Positions 19,398 to 29,007 of a stretch of 64,000 bases of DNA are shown here, piece after piece. The translations under genes and the position numbers were made by a program. The first letter of the stretch is position 1, and every line of letters starts with the position of its first letter. Source of the stretch: an uncultured Gammaproteobacteria bacterium (GTDB lineage: Bacteria > Patescibacteriota > Microgenomatia > UBA12405); contig CAZCYZ010000002.1 of NCBI GenBank assembly GCA_964503465.1, positions 70,995 to 134,994 of the forward strand. The letters are read 5' to 3'. The notes beneath the pieces are model-generated. The model was not told the DNA's origin. It searched no databases and saw only the letters and a list, made by a program, of their open reading frames with translations.

Positions 19398-19960
19398 GGG
19401 AGTTGGGACTGAATTAAGGTAAGAAACAGGAAGAGACAGATAATGCCGAAAATAGAAAGGTAATAGCCAAGGTAATTTAGAGGTAATTGTTTTTCCTCAC
19501 GGGCAAAAAGCCAATCTTGAAGGTGTTTGGGGTTGGAATAGTAATCACCAGTTTCATCAATGAGCAGGTGAAGATTGAGAGCCAAAAGGATTCCCAAGAT
19601 CAAGCTGGAACCGGAAATGGAAAAAACAAAAAGGGAAACAAAAGCGAGAACAATTTGAAAGAAGAAATGATGAAACACAAGATTGGTATGTTTTTGACTG
19701 GTAATTTCGTAAAGCTTAATGATGGCTTTATAATCACGGTGTTTGATGGCAGTAGCGGCCAGGAGGCTGTCGGGGTGTTTGGGATTAATAAATAGCCAGT
19801 AGATTAGGTGATCGATATCTAAGAAAAAGGCCCCAATTCCTAAACCGAGAAGTAATAAAAGGTGATGGTAAATTGGGACGCGATTTAGCGACCAGATAAG
19901 AGCGATAAAAAGAAAAATGCCAAGTAGTGGTAATAAATGGACTGAAAGTTCGCGTTTCAC
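19394..19960 (-). CDS. Membrane protein, hypothetical.
   Basis: Five or more hydrophobic helices. Confidence 0.45.
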   Translation of the reverse strand: MKRELSVHLLPLLGIFLFIALIWSLNRVPIYHHLLLLLGLGIGAFFLDIDHLIYWLFINPKHPDSLLAATAIKHRDYKAIIKLYEITSQKHTNLVFHHFFFQIVLAFVSLFVFSISGSSLILGILLALNLHLLIDETGDYYSNPKHLQDWLFAREEKQLPLNYLGYYLSIFGIICLFLFLTLIQSQLP

Positions 19961-19984
19961 TAAATATAATGTTAGCAGAAAAAA

Positions 19985-21250
19985 TTATTCGTATCTCAAG
20001 GCTTCGATGGGGGAAAGTTTGGAGGCTTTGCGAGCCGGAGCGACACCAAAAATAATTCCGACAATTGAAGAAACACCAAAGGCAAGGAGGATAGAGGTGG
20101 GGGTAACAGCCGCCGGGAAAAAGCGATTAATAATAAGTGTGCCGGTAGTGCCAATAATGATACCGATAAGTCCACCAAAACATGAAAGAATAATCGCCTC
20201 AAAGAGGAATTGAAGTAAAATGGCTCGGGGGAAAGCGCCAATAGCTTTGCGAAGGCCAATTTCACGGGTTCTTTCAGAGACAGTGACTAGCATGATGTTC
20301 ATAATACCGATACCACCAACAATTAGGGAAATAGCGGCAATACCAGTTAAGGCAATGGTGAGGGTGCTGATAATGGCATTGATGGAATTTAAAAGTTGGG
20401 AGCTATCGAAAACTGAAAAAGCATCTGAGTCATACCTCTCCAACATGATTTTGGTAACTTCTTTTTTGGTTGAGTCAACCAAATCTTTGCTGCTGGTCTT
20501 AACGACAATAGTGTTAATGTCCTGGTTGCCAGCGAGGTCGAAGGCAATACTAAGAGGAACGAAGGCGTGGTCGTCAATACTGGGGCCACCCATTGAAGCA
20601 CCTTTTTTGTCCAAGACACCAATAACTTTGAGATTCTTTCCCTTGATAACTATTTTCTTGCCTAGAGCTGAGCCAGAGGGAAACAAATCGGTAGCCAGTT
20701 TGTATCCAAGAACAATGACTGGGGATTTTTTGTCATCTTCTTCTTGAGAGAACCAGCGACCATTACCGCTTGTGGGGACTAGGTTGTTGTTGGGACCATA
20801 TTGGTAGTCTGAACCGGCAATTTCGATGGATTTTTTGGTAGTTTTAGCCGACTTAATATCGGCAAAGGTGACACTGGCGGGCATGACTGGAAAATTACGA
20901 AACTTTCGCTTAAGACGGTTGACATCCTTGTGGTCAAATTTAGTGGTAATCATGCCGCCGCTTCGACTAAAACCGCCGTTGTCGTTAAAGATTTTACCGG
21001 GATAAACATAGATAGAGTTAGCTCCCAGACTTTCAAATTGATCGTTAACGTATTTCTTGAGGCCGGTACCAATGGAAGTTAATAGAATAACTGAAGTGAC
21101 ACCAATAATGATTCCCAATGAAGTTAGAATGGTCCGGCTTTTGTTTTTGAAAATTGAACGAAAACTTGACTTGATTAAGTCATCGAGACTGGGTTTGAGC
21201 ATGGCCGTCTTTGATAATAATAATACGTTGGGCTTGGTTGGCGAGGTCAA
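19985..21250 (-). CDS. ABC transporter permease, MacB/FtsX-like, with a periplasmic domain.
   Basis: N-terminal TM, large extracytoplasmic domain, C-terminal FtsX-type 3-TM bundle. Confidence 0.8.
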   Translation of the reverse strand: MTSPTKPNVLLLSKTAMLKPSLDDLIKSSFRSIFKNKSRTILTSLGIIIGVTSVILLTSIGTGLKKYVNDQFESLGANSIYVYPGKIFNDNGGFSRSGGMITTKFDHKDVNRLKRKFRNFPVMPASVTFADIKSAKTTKKSIEIAGSDYQYGPNNNLVPTSGNGRWFSQEEDDKKSPVIVLGYKLATDLFPSGSALGKKIVIKGKNLKVIGVLDKKGASMGGPSIDDHAFVPLSIAFDLAGNQDINTIVVKTSSKDLVDSTKKEVTKIMLERYDSDAFSVFDSSQLLNSINAIISTLTIALTGIAAISLIVGGIGIMNIMLVTVSERTREIGLRKAIGAFPRAILLQFLFEAIILSCFGGLIGIIIGTTGTLIINRFFPAAVTPTSILLAFGVSSIVGIIFGVAPARKASKLSPIEALRYE

Positions 21251-21926
21251 TATCGTGAGTCACAAAAACGATGGTTCGTTTTTCGACTTGATGTAAATGA
21301 TGGAATAATTCCATTATTTCCTTACCAGATTTACTATCGAGGTTGCCAGTGGGTTCGTCGGCAAGAATAATTTTGGGGTCATTAATTAGAGCTCGAGCAA
21401 TGGCCACCCGTTGTTGCTGGCCACCGGATAATTTAGCTGGAGTGTTGGAAGCTTTGTCTTCAAGTCCGACACTGGTTAACATTTGCATCCCCAATGATTC
21501 ACGATCCTTTTTGGGAACATCAGAGTACAGCAAGGGAAGGATGACGTTTTCGAGTGATGAAGTTTTGGGAAGGAGGTTAAACTGCTGGAAAACAAAGCCG
21601 AGGGTAACATTTCTAACTTTGGCCATTTCATTTTCGTTGAAGTGAGAAATATCTTGACCCTCAAGGAGTACTTGGCCGGAGGTGGGGTTATCGAGTAGGC
21701 CGATGATGTGCATTAAGGTCGACTTGCCACTACCAGATGGACCAGTGATGGCAACGAATTCGCCGCGATGAATTTGGAGTGAAACATGGTCGAGGGCATT
21801 AAAGGATGAGTTGCCAGAAATATAGGTTTTGGTAACGTCCTTAAGTTCGAGAACGACTGGGGATTTATTGAGAGCGGATGACGATTTGGTCATTAAGAGT
21901 GAGCCCGGTGGTAACTTCAACAGCAT
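21180..21926 (-). CDS. ABC transporter ATP-binding protein, MacB/LolD-like.
   Basis: Walker [10 protein letters not shown], signature [15 protein letters not shown], Walker [13 protein letters not shown]. Confidence 0.9.
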   Translation of the reverse strand: MLLKLPPGSLLMTKSSSALNKSPVVLELKDVTKTYISGNSSFNALDHVSLQIHRGEFVAITGPSGSGKSTLMHIIGLLDNPTSGQVLLEGQDISHFNENEMAKVRNVTLGFVFQQFNLLPKTSSLENVILPLLYSDVPKKDRESLGMQMLTSVGLEDKASNTPAKLSGGQQQRVAIARALINDPKIILADEPTGNLDSKSGKEIMELFHHLHQVEKRTIVFVTHDIDLANQAQRIIIIKDGHAQTQSR

Positions 21927-22914
21927 TGTCGTTTTCGATACCAGTAGTGACAGTTTGTTTGACCAGTTGATTGTCTTTTTTAAGCCAAACGTAACTTTGG
22001 TTGTCGTCCTGATAAATTGCTTCTAGGGGAATACTAAGGGTGTTGTTATCGGATTCCTCGAGGGTAATTAGGGCATCACCATCCATTCCAAGACGATAAT
22101 CAAGATCCTGGTTGTCAAGCGGTAACTTAAAACGAATTTCGTAAACAGTCGAGGATTCACCACTAATTGGAGTAAAAGCAATGTGGGTTATCTCTGACTT
22201 GATATTAAGATCGGGGAAGCTATCAAGCTTTATGGTGGCAATTTGACCAAGTTTTACCTTGGTAACATCTTCTTGGTCAATTTCGGAGCGAAGATAAATG
22301 CTTTTAGGATCAATGACAGTGAAGGTGGCGGTAGCAGGAGTAATGTTGACACCAGCCAGAGGTTGATCAATGGCAGTGACAACTCCGGCAATCGGGCTAT
22401 AAATAGTAGCCAATTTAAGCGTTAGTTCGGACAGTTCATAATCGATAACCTGATTGTTGAGGGTATATTGAGAGCGATCAAGAACTCGCTGAATGGTATC
22501 GGTAACTAAATATTTTTCTTTGGTGGTTTTGTAAGTGTCTTGAGTATCGTTAAAGGTATGGAGAGCGGCTTTATAATCGTTGAGTTCTTTGTCCAGGTCT
22601 TTGCGAAGTTCGGTTTTGTCAAGACTGGCCAGACCTTGATATTTTTTGACTCTATCCCCTACCCTAACCCCAACCCAAGCCAGTTTGCCACTGGTTTGGA
22701 AACGAACATTGGCAATATCCGAGGCACTGATTGAGCCAGCCAGAGTAAGATCATTTTGAATTTTACCGCTGGTGGGAAAAACTATTTTGTCTTTTTTGGC
22801 ATTGTATTTGACATTGTTGGTTTTTTGGCCATCATTGGCCTTTGTTTGTTGAATGCCCCAAAAAAGCCCAACGGCCAAAACGATTAAAAGAAATAGTTTT
22901 AGGTAACGAGACAT
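21865..22914 (-). CDS. HlyD/MacA-family periplasmic adaptor.
   Basis: Signal anchor, coiled-coil hairpin, beta-barrel and MP domains. Forms an operon with the ABC pair. Confidence 0.7.
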   Translation of the reverse strand: MSRYLKLFLLIVLAVGLFWGIQQTKANDGQKTNNVKYNAKKDKIVFPTSGKIQNDLTLAGSISASDIANVRFQTSGKLAWVGVRVGDRVKKYQGLASLDKTELRKDLDKELNDYKAALHTFNDTQDTYKTTKEKYLVTDTIQRVLDRSQYTLNNQVIDYELSELTLKLATIYSPIAGVVTAIDQPLAGVNITPATATFTVIDPKSIYLRSEIDQEDVTKVKLGQIATIKLDSFPDLNIKSEITHIAFTPISGESSTVYEIRFKLPLDNQDLDYRLGMDGDALITLEESDNNTLSIPLEAIYQDDNQSYVWLKKDNQLVKQTVTTGIENDNAVEVTTGLTLNDQIVIRSQ

Positions 22915-22928
22915 AACCTTTAATTATA

Positions 22929-23210
22929 CTATGATTTGAGGGTTTTTAGCTTCCACATAAAGAGACGGGCGGAAGAGCGAACGGTGCCAGTGGTTTGATC
23001 TTTGACAAAAAGTCTAGCTTGTTCCAAAATTTTTCGGTCGGTATTTTTGGCCAGGCGAATATAGAGAGATTTATTTTTCCAGTCGTGGAGTTCTTTGGCT
23101 AGCTCTAGGCCATAGGCTTGGTGCTCAAGACTGACGTATTTTTTACGCTTGGCTAAAACGTCTCTAAATAGAGACAGAGTTTCGGAAATTTTGGTGGGTT
23201 TAGTTGCCAC
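22929..23210 (-). CDS. Small hypothetical protein, 93 aa.
   Basis: ORF only. Overlaps the next small ORF by 11 nt. Confidence 0.3.
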   Translation of the reverse strand: MATKPTKISETLSLFRDVLAKRKKYVSLEHQAYGLELAKELHDWKNKSLYIRLAKNTDRKILEQARLFVKDQTTGTVRSSARLFMWKLKTLKS

Positions 23211-23427
23211 ATTTGTTGACTAATGCATCAAACTCTTCTCGTGTCGGGGTATCGTCTTCAAGATAGGCAAGCTGAAGACCGATCTTGTCCAATCTTTCGT
23301 TGAGTCTATTTTCAACCTTGTCGATTTTCTGATCGAGTTTTTTGACGTCTTCTCTGACATTGGCAATGTCTTCTCGGATGTTGGTCTGGCCGTCGAGAAT
23401 GGTTTGTAAGAGGCTGGTATCTGACAT
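23200..23427 (-). CDS. Small coiled-coil protein, 75 aa.
   Basis: The heptad-rich stretch REDIANVREDVKKLDQKIDKVENRLNERLDKI. Confidence 0.3.
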   Translation of the reverse strand: MSDTSLLQTILDGQTNIREDIANVREDVKKLDQKIDKVENRLNERLDKIGLQLAYLEDDTPTREEFDALVNKCGN

Positions 23428-23512
23428 GTATGAAAGTATAAATCTTTGGCGATATAATTAGTAGTAGCTTGGTGATGATATAGATTGATATGTTTAGGCA
23501 AGGTGCGGAAAA

Positions 23513-23586
23513 TGGTGGACTCGAGGGGAATTGAACCCCTAATCTACCCATGCGAAGGGTATGTTATACCGTTTAACTACGAGCCC
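23513..23586 (-). tRNA. tRNA-Ala, anticodon CGC, with the G3:U70 identity pair. CCA encoded.
   Basis: Manual fold of the reverse complement: GGGCTCG acceptor with G3·U70, anticodon stem-loop taccc/TTCGCAT/gggta, T-arm aGGGGTTCAATTCCCCt, then ACCA. Confidence 0.8.
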
Positions 23587-23698
23587 GGAGTTGGCATATT
23601 TTAGCAATAATTGAGTTATAATTTTGGCCCAATGGCAAAATATGAGTTTTTGGGTTCTGGTTGGTAGTGTGTAGGCGTCAAATAAGAGTGGTGGTGTC

Positions 23699-24169
23699 TT
23701 AGGTTGTGCTGGACAATTTAGTGATTTCTTGGACGACAGTGTTGACTACGGTGGTAATGACCTTTTGCTCATTTTGGGTAAAGGGCTGGAGGACATAGTT
23801 TTCGACAGGGGTGGAATCGAGGGGGTGTCCGATGCCGATACGGAAACGCCAGAAGGCTTGAGTTCCAAGATGTTGGATGATCGATTCAATGCCATGGTGG
23901 CCGGCGGGCCCGCGGTCAAACTGGAGTCGCCACTCCCCTATCGGTAGGTCCAAATCGTCGTGAATAATATAGAGGTTGGCGGGGTTAATTTTGTAGAAAT
24001 GGATAATCTTTTGAACAAAGATTCCGGATTGGTTCATATAGGTATCGGTGATCAAAAAGTTAGGGGCCTGGGGGAGTTTTTGGATAATGATTTGGCCGAT
24101 ATTGTGGCGAGTATTTTGGTACTTTTTGTCGGGATTGCCTAAACCGATGAAGAATTTTGATGGAAGCAT
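23699..24169 (-). CDS. pth: Peptidyl-tRNA hydrolase.
   Basis: IGLGNPDKKYQNTRHNIGQ N-terminal signature. Confidence 0.9.
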   Translation of the reverse strand: MLPSKFFIGLGNPDKKYQNTRHNIGQIIIQKLPQAPNFLITDTYMNQSGIFVQKIIHFYKINPANLYIIHDDLDLPIGEWRLQFDRGPAGHHGIESIIQHLGTQAFWRFRIGIGHPLDSTPVENYVLQPFTQNEQKVITTVVNTVVQEITKLSSTT

Positions 24170-24227
24170 GGGTATGATCTAATTTGATCTAGTGATTAGC
24201 ACTCAATTAGACTTGGTGCTAATTATC

Positions 24228-24620
24228 TTATTGTTGGTAGAACTGGTGAATATCAAAAAATAATGGTTCGACATGAAGGGTTATAAGTCGGTCACAATTT
24301 GACTTAAAAATTTCCTCCTCTGATTCGGGGACAAATGGGGTGGCAATAACGATTTGATTTTGGGGGTAAAGGTGGCGAAGCTGGTCGGTGTATTCGACAA
24401 ACTCATTGGCTCTGGTTGAGCCGTCATCGAGGATGACGGCGGTAGCGGGTTTGGTAAAGGAGACGTCGAAGAAAGGTTTGGTGTCAGGTGCTATCAATTG
24501 ACAGAAATCTTGAGCATCGGGGTTGATGTAGGTGAAGATGGGGGTGGTGAGGTTTTCTGATTTGAGAAGATTTGAGAGGGCAGAAGCGGCCTCAGAGTAG
24601 TTTTTGAAAATCGGACTCAT
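24228..24620 (-). CDS. Phosphoribosyltransferase-domain protein (prs-like C-terminal half), 130 aa.
   Basis: AVILDDGSTRANEF...IVIATPFVPESEEEI...CDRLITLHV resembles the PRPP-binding half of ribose-phosphate pyrophosphokinase. The conserved prs-(ctc)-pth synteny fits this. Confidence 0.45.
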   Translation of the reverse strand: MSPIFKNYSEAASALSNLLKSENLTTPIFTYINPDAQDFCQLIAPDTKPFFDVSFTKPATAVILDDGSTRANEFVEYTDQLRHLYPQNQIVIATPFVPESEEEIFKSNCDRLITLHVEPLFFDIHQFYQQ

Positions 24621-26538
24621 TGATTATTTTAACCCCTAATTTTTTGGCGGCGAGATACTTACTTGATTGGGAGGGTGAGTTGGTAAGAAGATAGGTGGTT
24701 TTTTGACTGACTGATGTTAGGACCTGGCCACCGTTGTCTTCGATTCGTTTTTCAATGTCTTTTCGGGGGAGAGAGAGCTCCCCAGTGATGACAAAAGAGA
24801 GGCCCTGGAGCTTGCCGTGGTTGCGGAGATTCTTAATAGTTACTCGTTTGAGAATGGAGTTGATAATTTGGCGTCGTTGAGTTAGGCCATCAACTATTTT
24901 GGTAGCCAGGGTGGTTTTGAATCCGGGGATTTTGATTAAATCCGAGATGGTCAAGTTTTGAATTTTTTGCGGGGTGTCAATACCAGTGGCGATAACTTGA
25001 CGAATACGCTTTGAGGAGAAGTTGGGGATATTGGCAGAATCGAACACTTCGACTACGCTTAGTGTTCTTTTTGCTTGGATTTCGTTGATGATGTTAGAAC
25101 CTGATTTTTGCCCTAGGCCTTCGAGGCAAGTGAAGTCGGCGGTGGTTAGATCATAAAAATCGCCTGGAAGTTTGACCTTATTGGCGGTAACTAGTTTTTC
25201 GATAGTTTTGTCGGAGATATTTTTGATATCAAGTGTTTGGCAAAAAAGTTTAAGAATTCCCAGAGTTTGGGCTGGACAGCCAAATTTGTTGGGACACTTT
25301 AGGAATTTATGGTCAGTGATAAGTGGACTGTGACAAGAAGGGCAGAGTTTGGGGGGGGAAATTACCCCTGGCTTGACTTTGGTAATGACTTTGTCAATGT
25401 GGGGGATAACATCACCTCGACGGCTAACTTCAACAATGTCACCGATATTTAGGTTTAGGTTGGTAATAAGACTGTAATTGGCCAGTGAGACATAGTTAAT
25501 AATGGCGCCACTAATTTCAACTGGTGTGATTTTGGCTACTGGAGTAATATTGCCCATTGGGCCGGTTTGCCAATCAATAGAAAGAAGTGGGGTTTGATTG
25601 GTGCTGGCAGGGAATTTGTAGGCAACCTGATATTTGGGTCGGTTGTTTTGGGAGCCAAGTGTTTGGGCTAACTGATGATCATCAATTTTGACGACAATGC
25701 CATCGATGTCGAAGGGGTATTGAGAACGTTTGGATAGGTATTGTTGGTAAATTGCTTCGACTTGACTGAGGTGACGGCAGAGATGATTTTCGACCGGAGT
25801 GAAGCCAAGTTTTTTAAGTAAGGCGTTTTTTCGATTTTCGGTTTCCGGTTCGGGAAGGATGTCGACAGCATAAAGGCTGCAATATTCGGAATATTTCGAG
25901 TCAAGTCGTTGAGAGATACCTGAGGCGGCGTTGCGGGTGTTGGAGTAAAACCCTTCCCCATCCCCTTCTCTTGACAGGGCAGGGGTATCCTTTTTTACAA
26001 GTTGATTAAGTTTTTCAAAATCTTTTAAAGTAACGATTATTTCACAGCGGACAGATCCGGAGAAGTTTGATGTTAGCTCTTTGGGAAAATTTCGCATCCT
26101 AACAACGTTTTGGGTGATACAGTCCCCCGTCTGACCATCACCTCGAGTGATGGCGTCGGTGATTTGACCATTTTGGTATATTAATTCGAGTGAGAGACCA
26201 TCACATTTTGGTTGGACAACAAACCTGGTATTGTTGGGGATTTTTTTTAATTCAAAGTAGTGAGTCAGGTCTTCGTAGGTGGTAACTTTGTTTTGGGAAG
26301 ACATGGAGTGGAAGTGTTTTTTTTTGGTCCAGCCGGTGTCAAAATTGGGGGTGCCAACCTTGGTAAAAATTCGATGATATGGGTTTTTTTGATGGAGCAG
26401 GTCTTCCAAGGTGTCATAGGTATGGTCGTCCATAATTGGTTTGCCGCCAGTGTAATAGGCCTTTTTGGCATCAATGAGAAGTTCACCAAGTTCCTCGGGG
26501 GTAATTTTGTGAAGATCAAGGGAGTCAAGGGTGATCAT
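24592..26538 (-). CDS. ligA: NAD-dependent DNA ligase LigA.
   Basis: KxDG adenylation motif (VVQPKCDGLSLE), Zn-finger Cys4, HhH, C-terminal BRCT. I place the start at MITLDSLDLHKITPEELGELLIDAKKAYY (26538). The track's 26580 start is a TTG read-through into a palindromic element. Confidence 0.9.
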   Translation of the reverse strand: MITLDSLDLHKITPEELGELLIDAKKAYYTGGKPIMDDHTYDTLEDLLHQKNPYHRIFTKVGTPNFDTGWTKKKHFHSMSSQNKVTTYEDLTHYFELKKIPNNTRFVVQPKCDGLSLELIYQNGQITDAITRGDGQTGDCITQNVVRMRNFPKELTSNFSGSVRCEIIVTLKDFEKLNQLVKKDTPALSREGDGEGFYSNTRNAASGISQRLDSKYSEYCSLYAVDILPEPETENRKNALLKKLGFTPVENHLCRHLSQVEAIYQQYLSKRSQYPFDIDGIVVKIDDHQLAQTLGSQNNRPKYQVAYKFPASTNQTPLLSIDWQTGPMGNITPVAKITPVEISGAIINYVSLANYSLITNLNLNIGDIVEVSRRGDVIPHIDKVITKVKPGVISPPKLCPSCHSPLITDHKFLKCPNKFGCPAQTLGILKLFCQTLDIKNISDKTIEKLVTANKVKLPGDFYDLTTADFTCLEGLGQKSGSNIINEIQAKRTLSVVEVFDSANIPNFSSKRIRQVIATGIDTPQKIQNLTISDLIKIPGFKTTLATKIVDGLTQRRQIINSILKRVTIKNLRNHGKLQGLSFVITGELSLPRKDIEKRIEDNGGQVLTSVSQKTTYLLTNSPSQSSKYLAAKKLGVKIINESDFQKLL

Positions 26539-26673
26539 GAGTTTATTATACTCAATCCCCCTCTTATCCCCCTTTGACAAAGGGAAGGATATAATTTTTT
26601 AGTGAAAAGGATTGATTCTGAAGCCATTCACAGCCTGAGAGGCAGTGTCAGGTATATGAAGGATTTAGCCCTG

Positions 26674-26915
26674 ATGGCAAGAAGAAATAGGAACAATCCG
26701 ACTGTGGCCGAAAAGATAGTTCGGAAGATCGATTTATCGCTGATTTTTATTGTTCCGAATTAAGTTTAATTATCGAAATTGACGGTGATTCGCACGACAA
26801 CAAACGGGGTACAGACAAAATAAGAGATAAATTTTTGGAATGTATAGGAATTAAGACGATTAGATTTACGAATGACGAAGTGTTGAATCATCTTGACAGT
26901 GTAAAAATGGTTCTG
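26674..26915 (+). pseudogene. Remnant of a DUF559 (Vsr-like endonuclease domain) gene, with an internal deletion and frameshift.
   Basis: Frame 1 reads MARRNRNNPTVAEKIVRKIDLS. After a frame break it reads DFYCSELSLIIEIDGDSHDNKRGTDKIRDKFLECIGIKTIRFTNDEVLNHLDSV, which matches the DUF559 ...IEVDG..H...D..RD..L...G..V.RF.N.EV consensus. About 20 aa are missing in between. Confidence 0.5.
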
Positions 26916-26919
26916 GAGG

Positions 26920-26953
26920 TCTCCCTTGTCAAAGGGAGATTTAGAGGGATTGG
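26920..26953. repeat. Copy B of the ~35-bp palindromic element: TCTCCCTTGTCAAAGGGAGA, then TTTAGAGGGATTGG.
   Basis: Matches 1232-1270 over about 33/36 positions. Confidence 0.55.
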
Positions 26954-27082
26954 AAAATAGATCTAATTGTATATATAATATGTATAGTGGTGGATAGTAA
27001 AATAAAGAAAATTTTGAAAGCGTGGTTGTATGGGGAATTGTCTAATCAAGAGCTGGCGAAAATGGCGGAGAAGAGTGTAGGT

Positions 27083-28216
27083 CTAACTAACTAGGCAGTA
27101 GTAGGCACCTTTGGTGGAACCGCGCTTTTCAACTGCACCGGAATCGATGAGTTTTTTGAGGTCACGCCAAATAGTGTCGTCGGAAACCATAGGAAGAAGC
27201 GATTCGGCGTCGGGCATACGTAGACCACCAAATTGTTGCATGTATTCGACTAGTTTGATTTGGCGTTCGTTGAGGGCGACTTGCTTGCCACCAAGTTTTT
27301 GTTTAAGACGAAGGTCGCGGGAGAGTGATTGGACTTTGTCTTTGATACGGCCAAATTCGATAGCTAGTGCTTGGGTGTAGTATTCGATCCAGTGGGTCAG
27401 GTCACGTTTGAAAATGTCGAGAGCAAGGTCGTGAGTGGCTTGAATAGTGTTGTAATAATCTTCGGCGTTGCGGTCGAAGTATTCTTCCAGGGAGAATAGT
27501 CGACGAATGTCATAACCTTCAACATAAAGAGGCAGAAGAGCAAAGGCGCGACTACATCGTCCGTTACCTTCAATAAAAGGGTGGATGGCAACGAGAATAT
27601 ATTGACTAATGGCGGCACGAATGGCGGGGTGAACTTCATGTGATTGATAAGAATTGAGCCAGTCAATAAAATCAACCACAAAATAAGGAACTTCAACTGC
27701 TGGAGGTGGTCGATGAGCGATTTCGCCGGTACGAGTGTTTTTGAGGACAACCTGTTGGTGGCGATATTTTCCTAGTTCAGAATCGGGAATAACCTTGTTG
27801 GCAGTTAGTTCGTGGATTCGTTTGAGGATAGTTTGGCTGTAATAAAACGGGCGGGGTTTACCAGAGGCATCCGGTGGAGAAATAATTTTTTCTTCTGGAA
27901 GGGGTAAACCGGCATCGTAGAGGGACCACAGCTCTTCAAGATAGCCCATGACCTGACGATAATTGATAACTTCTTGAACATCGCGTTCCTGGGCGGTGAT
28001 CAGGCGGCCTTCGATGAGCTTGGCGACTTCTTGATAAGTAAGATCGTTACCTTCGATGCGGGTGCCGTAGTGAACGGTGCGAACAATGGCTTCGTGCTGA
28101 AATTGCTTTTCGTAGGCAGGAATAAGGGGGGCCTCGTCGATGACGGCTTTGGCGGCTTCGATGACACCAATATTTTTGAGAATCTGGTTATTGATTGAAA
28201 ATACCGGCGAAAACAT
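27083..28216 (-). CDS. Fic/Doc-family protein (AMPylase-type).
   Basis: Canonical Fic motif HPFIEGNGRCSRAF. An N-terminal TRIEGN inhibitory-helix-like motif. C-terminal wHTH-like tail. Confidence 0.85.
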   Translation of the reverse strand: MFSPVFSINNQILKNIGVIEAAKAVIDEAPLIPAYEKQFQHEAIVRTVHYGTRIEGNDLTYQEVAKLIEGRLITAQERDVQEVINYRQVMGYLEELWSLYDAGLPLPEEKIISPPDASGKPRPFYYSQTILKRIHELTANKVIPDSELGKYRHQQVVLKNTRTGEIAHRPPPAVEVPYFVVDFIDWLNSYQSHEVHPAIRAAISQYILVAIHPFIEGNGRCSRAFALLPLYVEGYDIRRLFSLEEYFDRNAEDYYNTIQATHDLALDIFKRDLTHWIEYYTQALAIEFGRIKDKVQSLSRDLRLKQKLGGKQVALNERQIKLVEYMQQFGGLRMPDAESLLPMVSDDTIWRDLKKLIDSGAVEKRGSTKGAYYCLVS

Positions 28217-28312
28217 TCTAGGGCGATTATAACATTTTTTAAGGGAGCAATAAGGAGAAACTGCGGGGATTAAAATTAGAAGGTTTTTTTATGGCTTTGT
28301 TGTTATGTAGTT

Positions 28313-29002
28313 ATGGTGAATGAGGTTACCGAGGTACCAAAACTTACCGAACAGACTCACATGGTTGGACAGCGAGCTTCAGTGAGGTATTTTGACCCTA
28401 GGGATAAAGAGGATATTCGACGACTTTTGGGGATAATAAGAGATTCACAAGTGCAAAAATGGGTAGACGGAGTCGAGGGTATGAACAAAGGGGACGTGGT
28501 GAGATGGTCGCGCCAGAGAGGAAAAGATGAACAAGAAGAATGTTTGTTTGCTGTGTCCGGATCTTCGGACTTTGTGGGAGATAATGAGGTTGGGGAAGTT
28601 CAGGCATTTGTTAATACTTACTTGGTGGGGGAGGAACTGAGAGGGCGAATGGTAGGAGAAGGTGTGGTGCCGGAGAATCGAAATGTTGTTGAAGTAAGTT
28701 ATGCTAGAAATCCTCGAACAAAACCAGGTCAAGTTGCTAGCGGATTGGTTCAAGTGTGTTTTCTATTAAACGAAATGATGGGCCATGATAGGGAGGAGGT
28801 AGTTCCATCGCTGCCGATTGTGGCTTTTGTTGATGAGCAAAATGTTGGTTCTATTGGGGTATTGGAACGTGCTGGTTTTGTACAGGCCGGAGAGATTCTT
28901 TATGATCAAGGTGATGCTAAGAAGAATCTTGTTTATAGATTAGATTGGGAGAGAGCTCAGTTTATTCTTCACGAGGAAGCCGATAGGAAATTATCTAAAT
29001 AG
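28313..29002 (+). CDS. GNAT-family N-acetyltransferase-like protein.
   Basis: TKPGQVASGL (Q/RxxGxG/A-like CoA pocket) and SIGVLERAGFVQAG. Divergent from fic. Local GC about 46%. Confidence 0.45.
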   Translation: MVNEVTEVPKLTEQTHMVGQRASVRYFDPRDKEDIRRLLGIIRDSQVQKWVDGVEGMNKGDVVRWSRQRGKDEQEECLFAVSGSSDFVGDNEVGEVQAFVNTYLVGEELRGRMVGEGVVPENRNVVEVSYARNPRTKPGQVASGLVQVCFLLNEMMGHDREEVVPSLPIVAFVDEQNVGSIGVLERAGFVQAGEILYDQGDAKKNLVYRLDWERAQFILHEEADRKLSK

Positions 29003-29007
29003 GATGA

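Noticed and set aside
23220-23551. ORF-track ORFs 23220..23501 and 23312..23551.
   Set aside because: They overlap tRNA-Ala and the two small minus-strand ORFs in other frames. Low-complexity translation. Spurious.
25948-25985. The ligA-internal palindromic-element match as a frameshift or pseudogene signal.
   Set aside because: The reading frame stays open through it and LigA motifs continue on both sides. It is treated as an in-frame insertion, not as gene decay.
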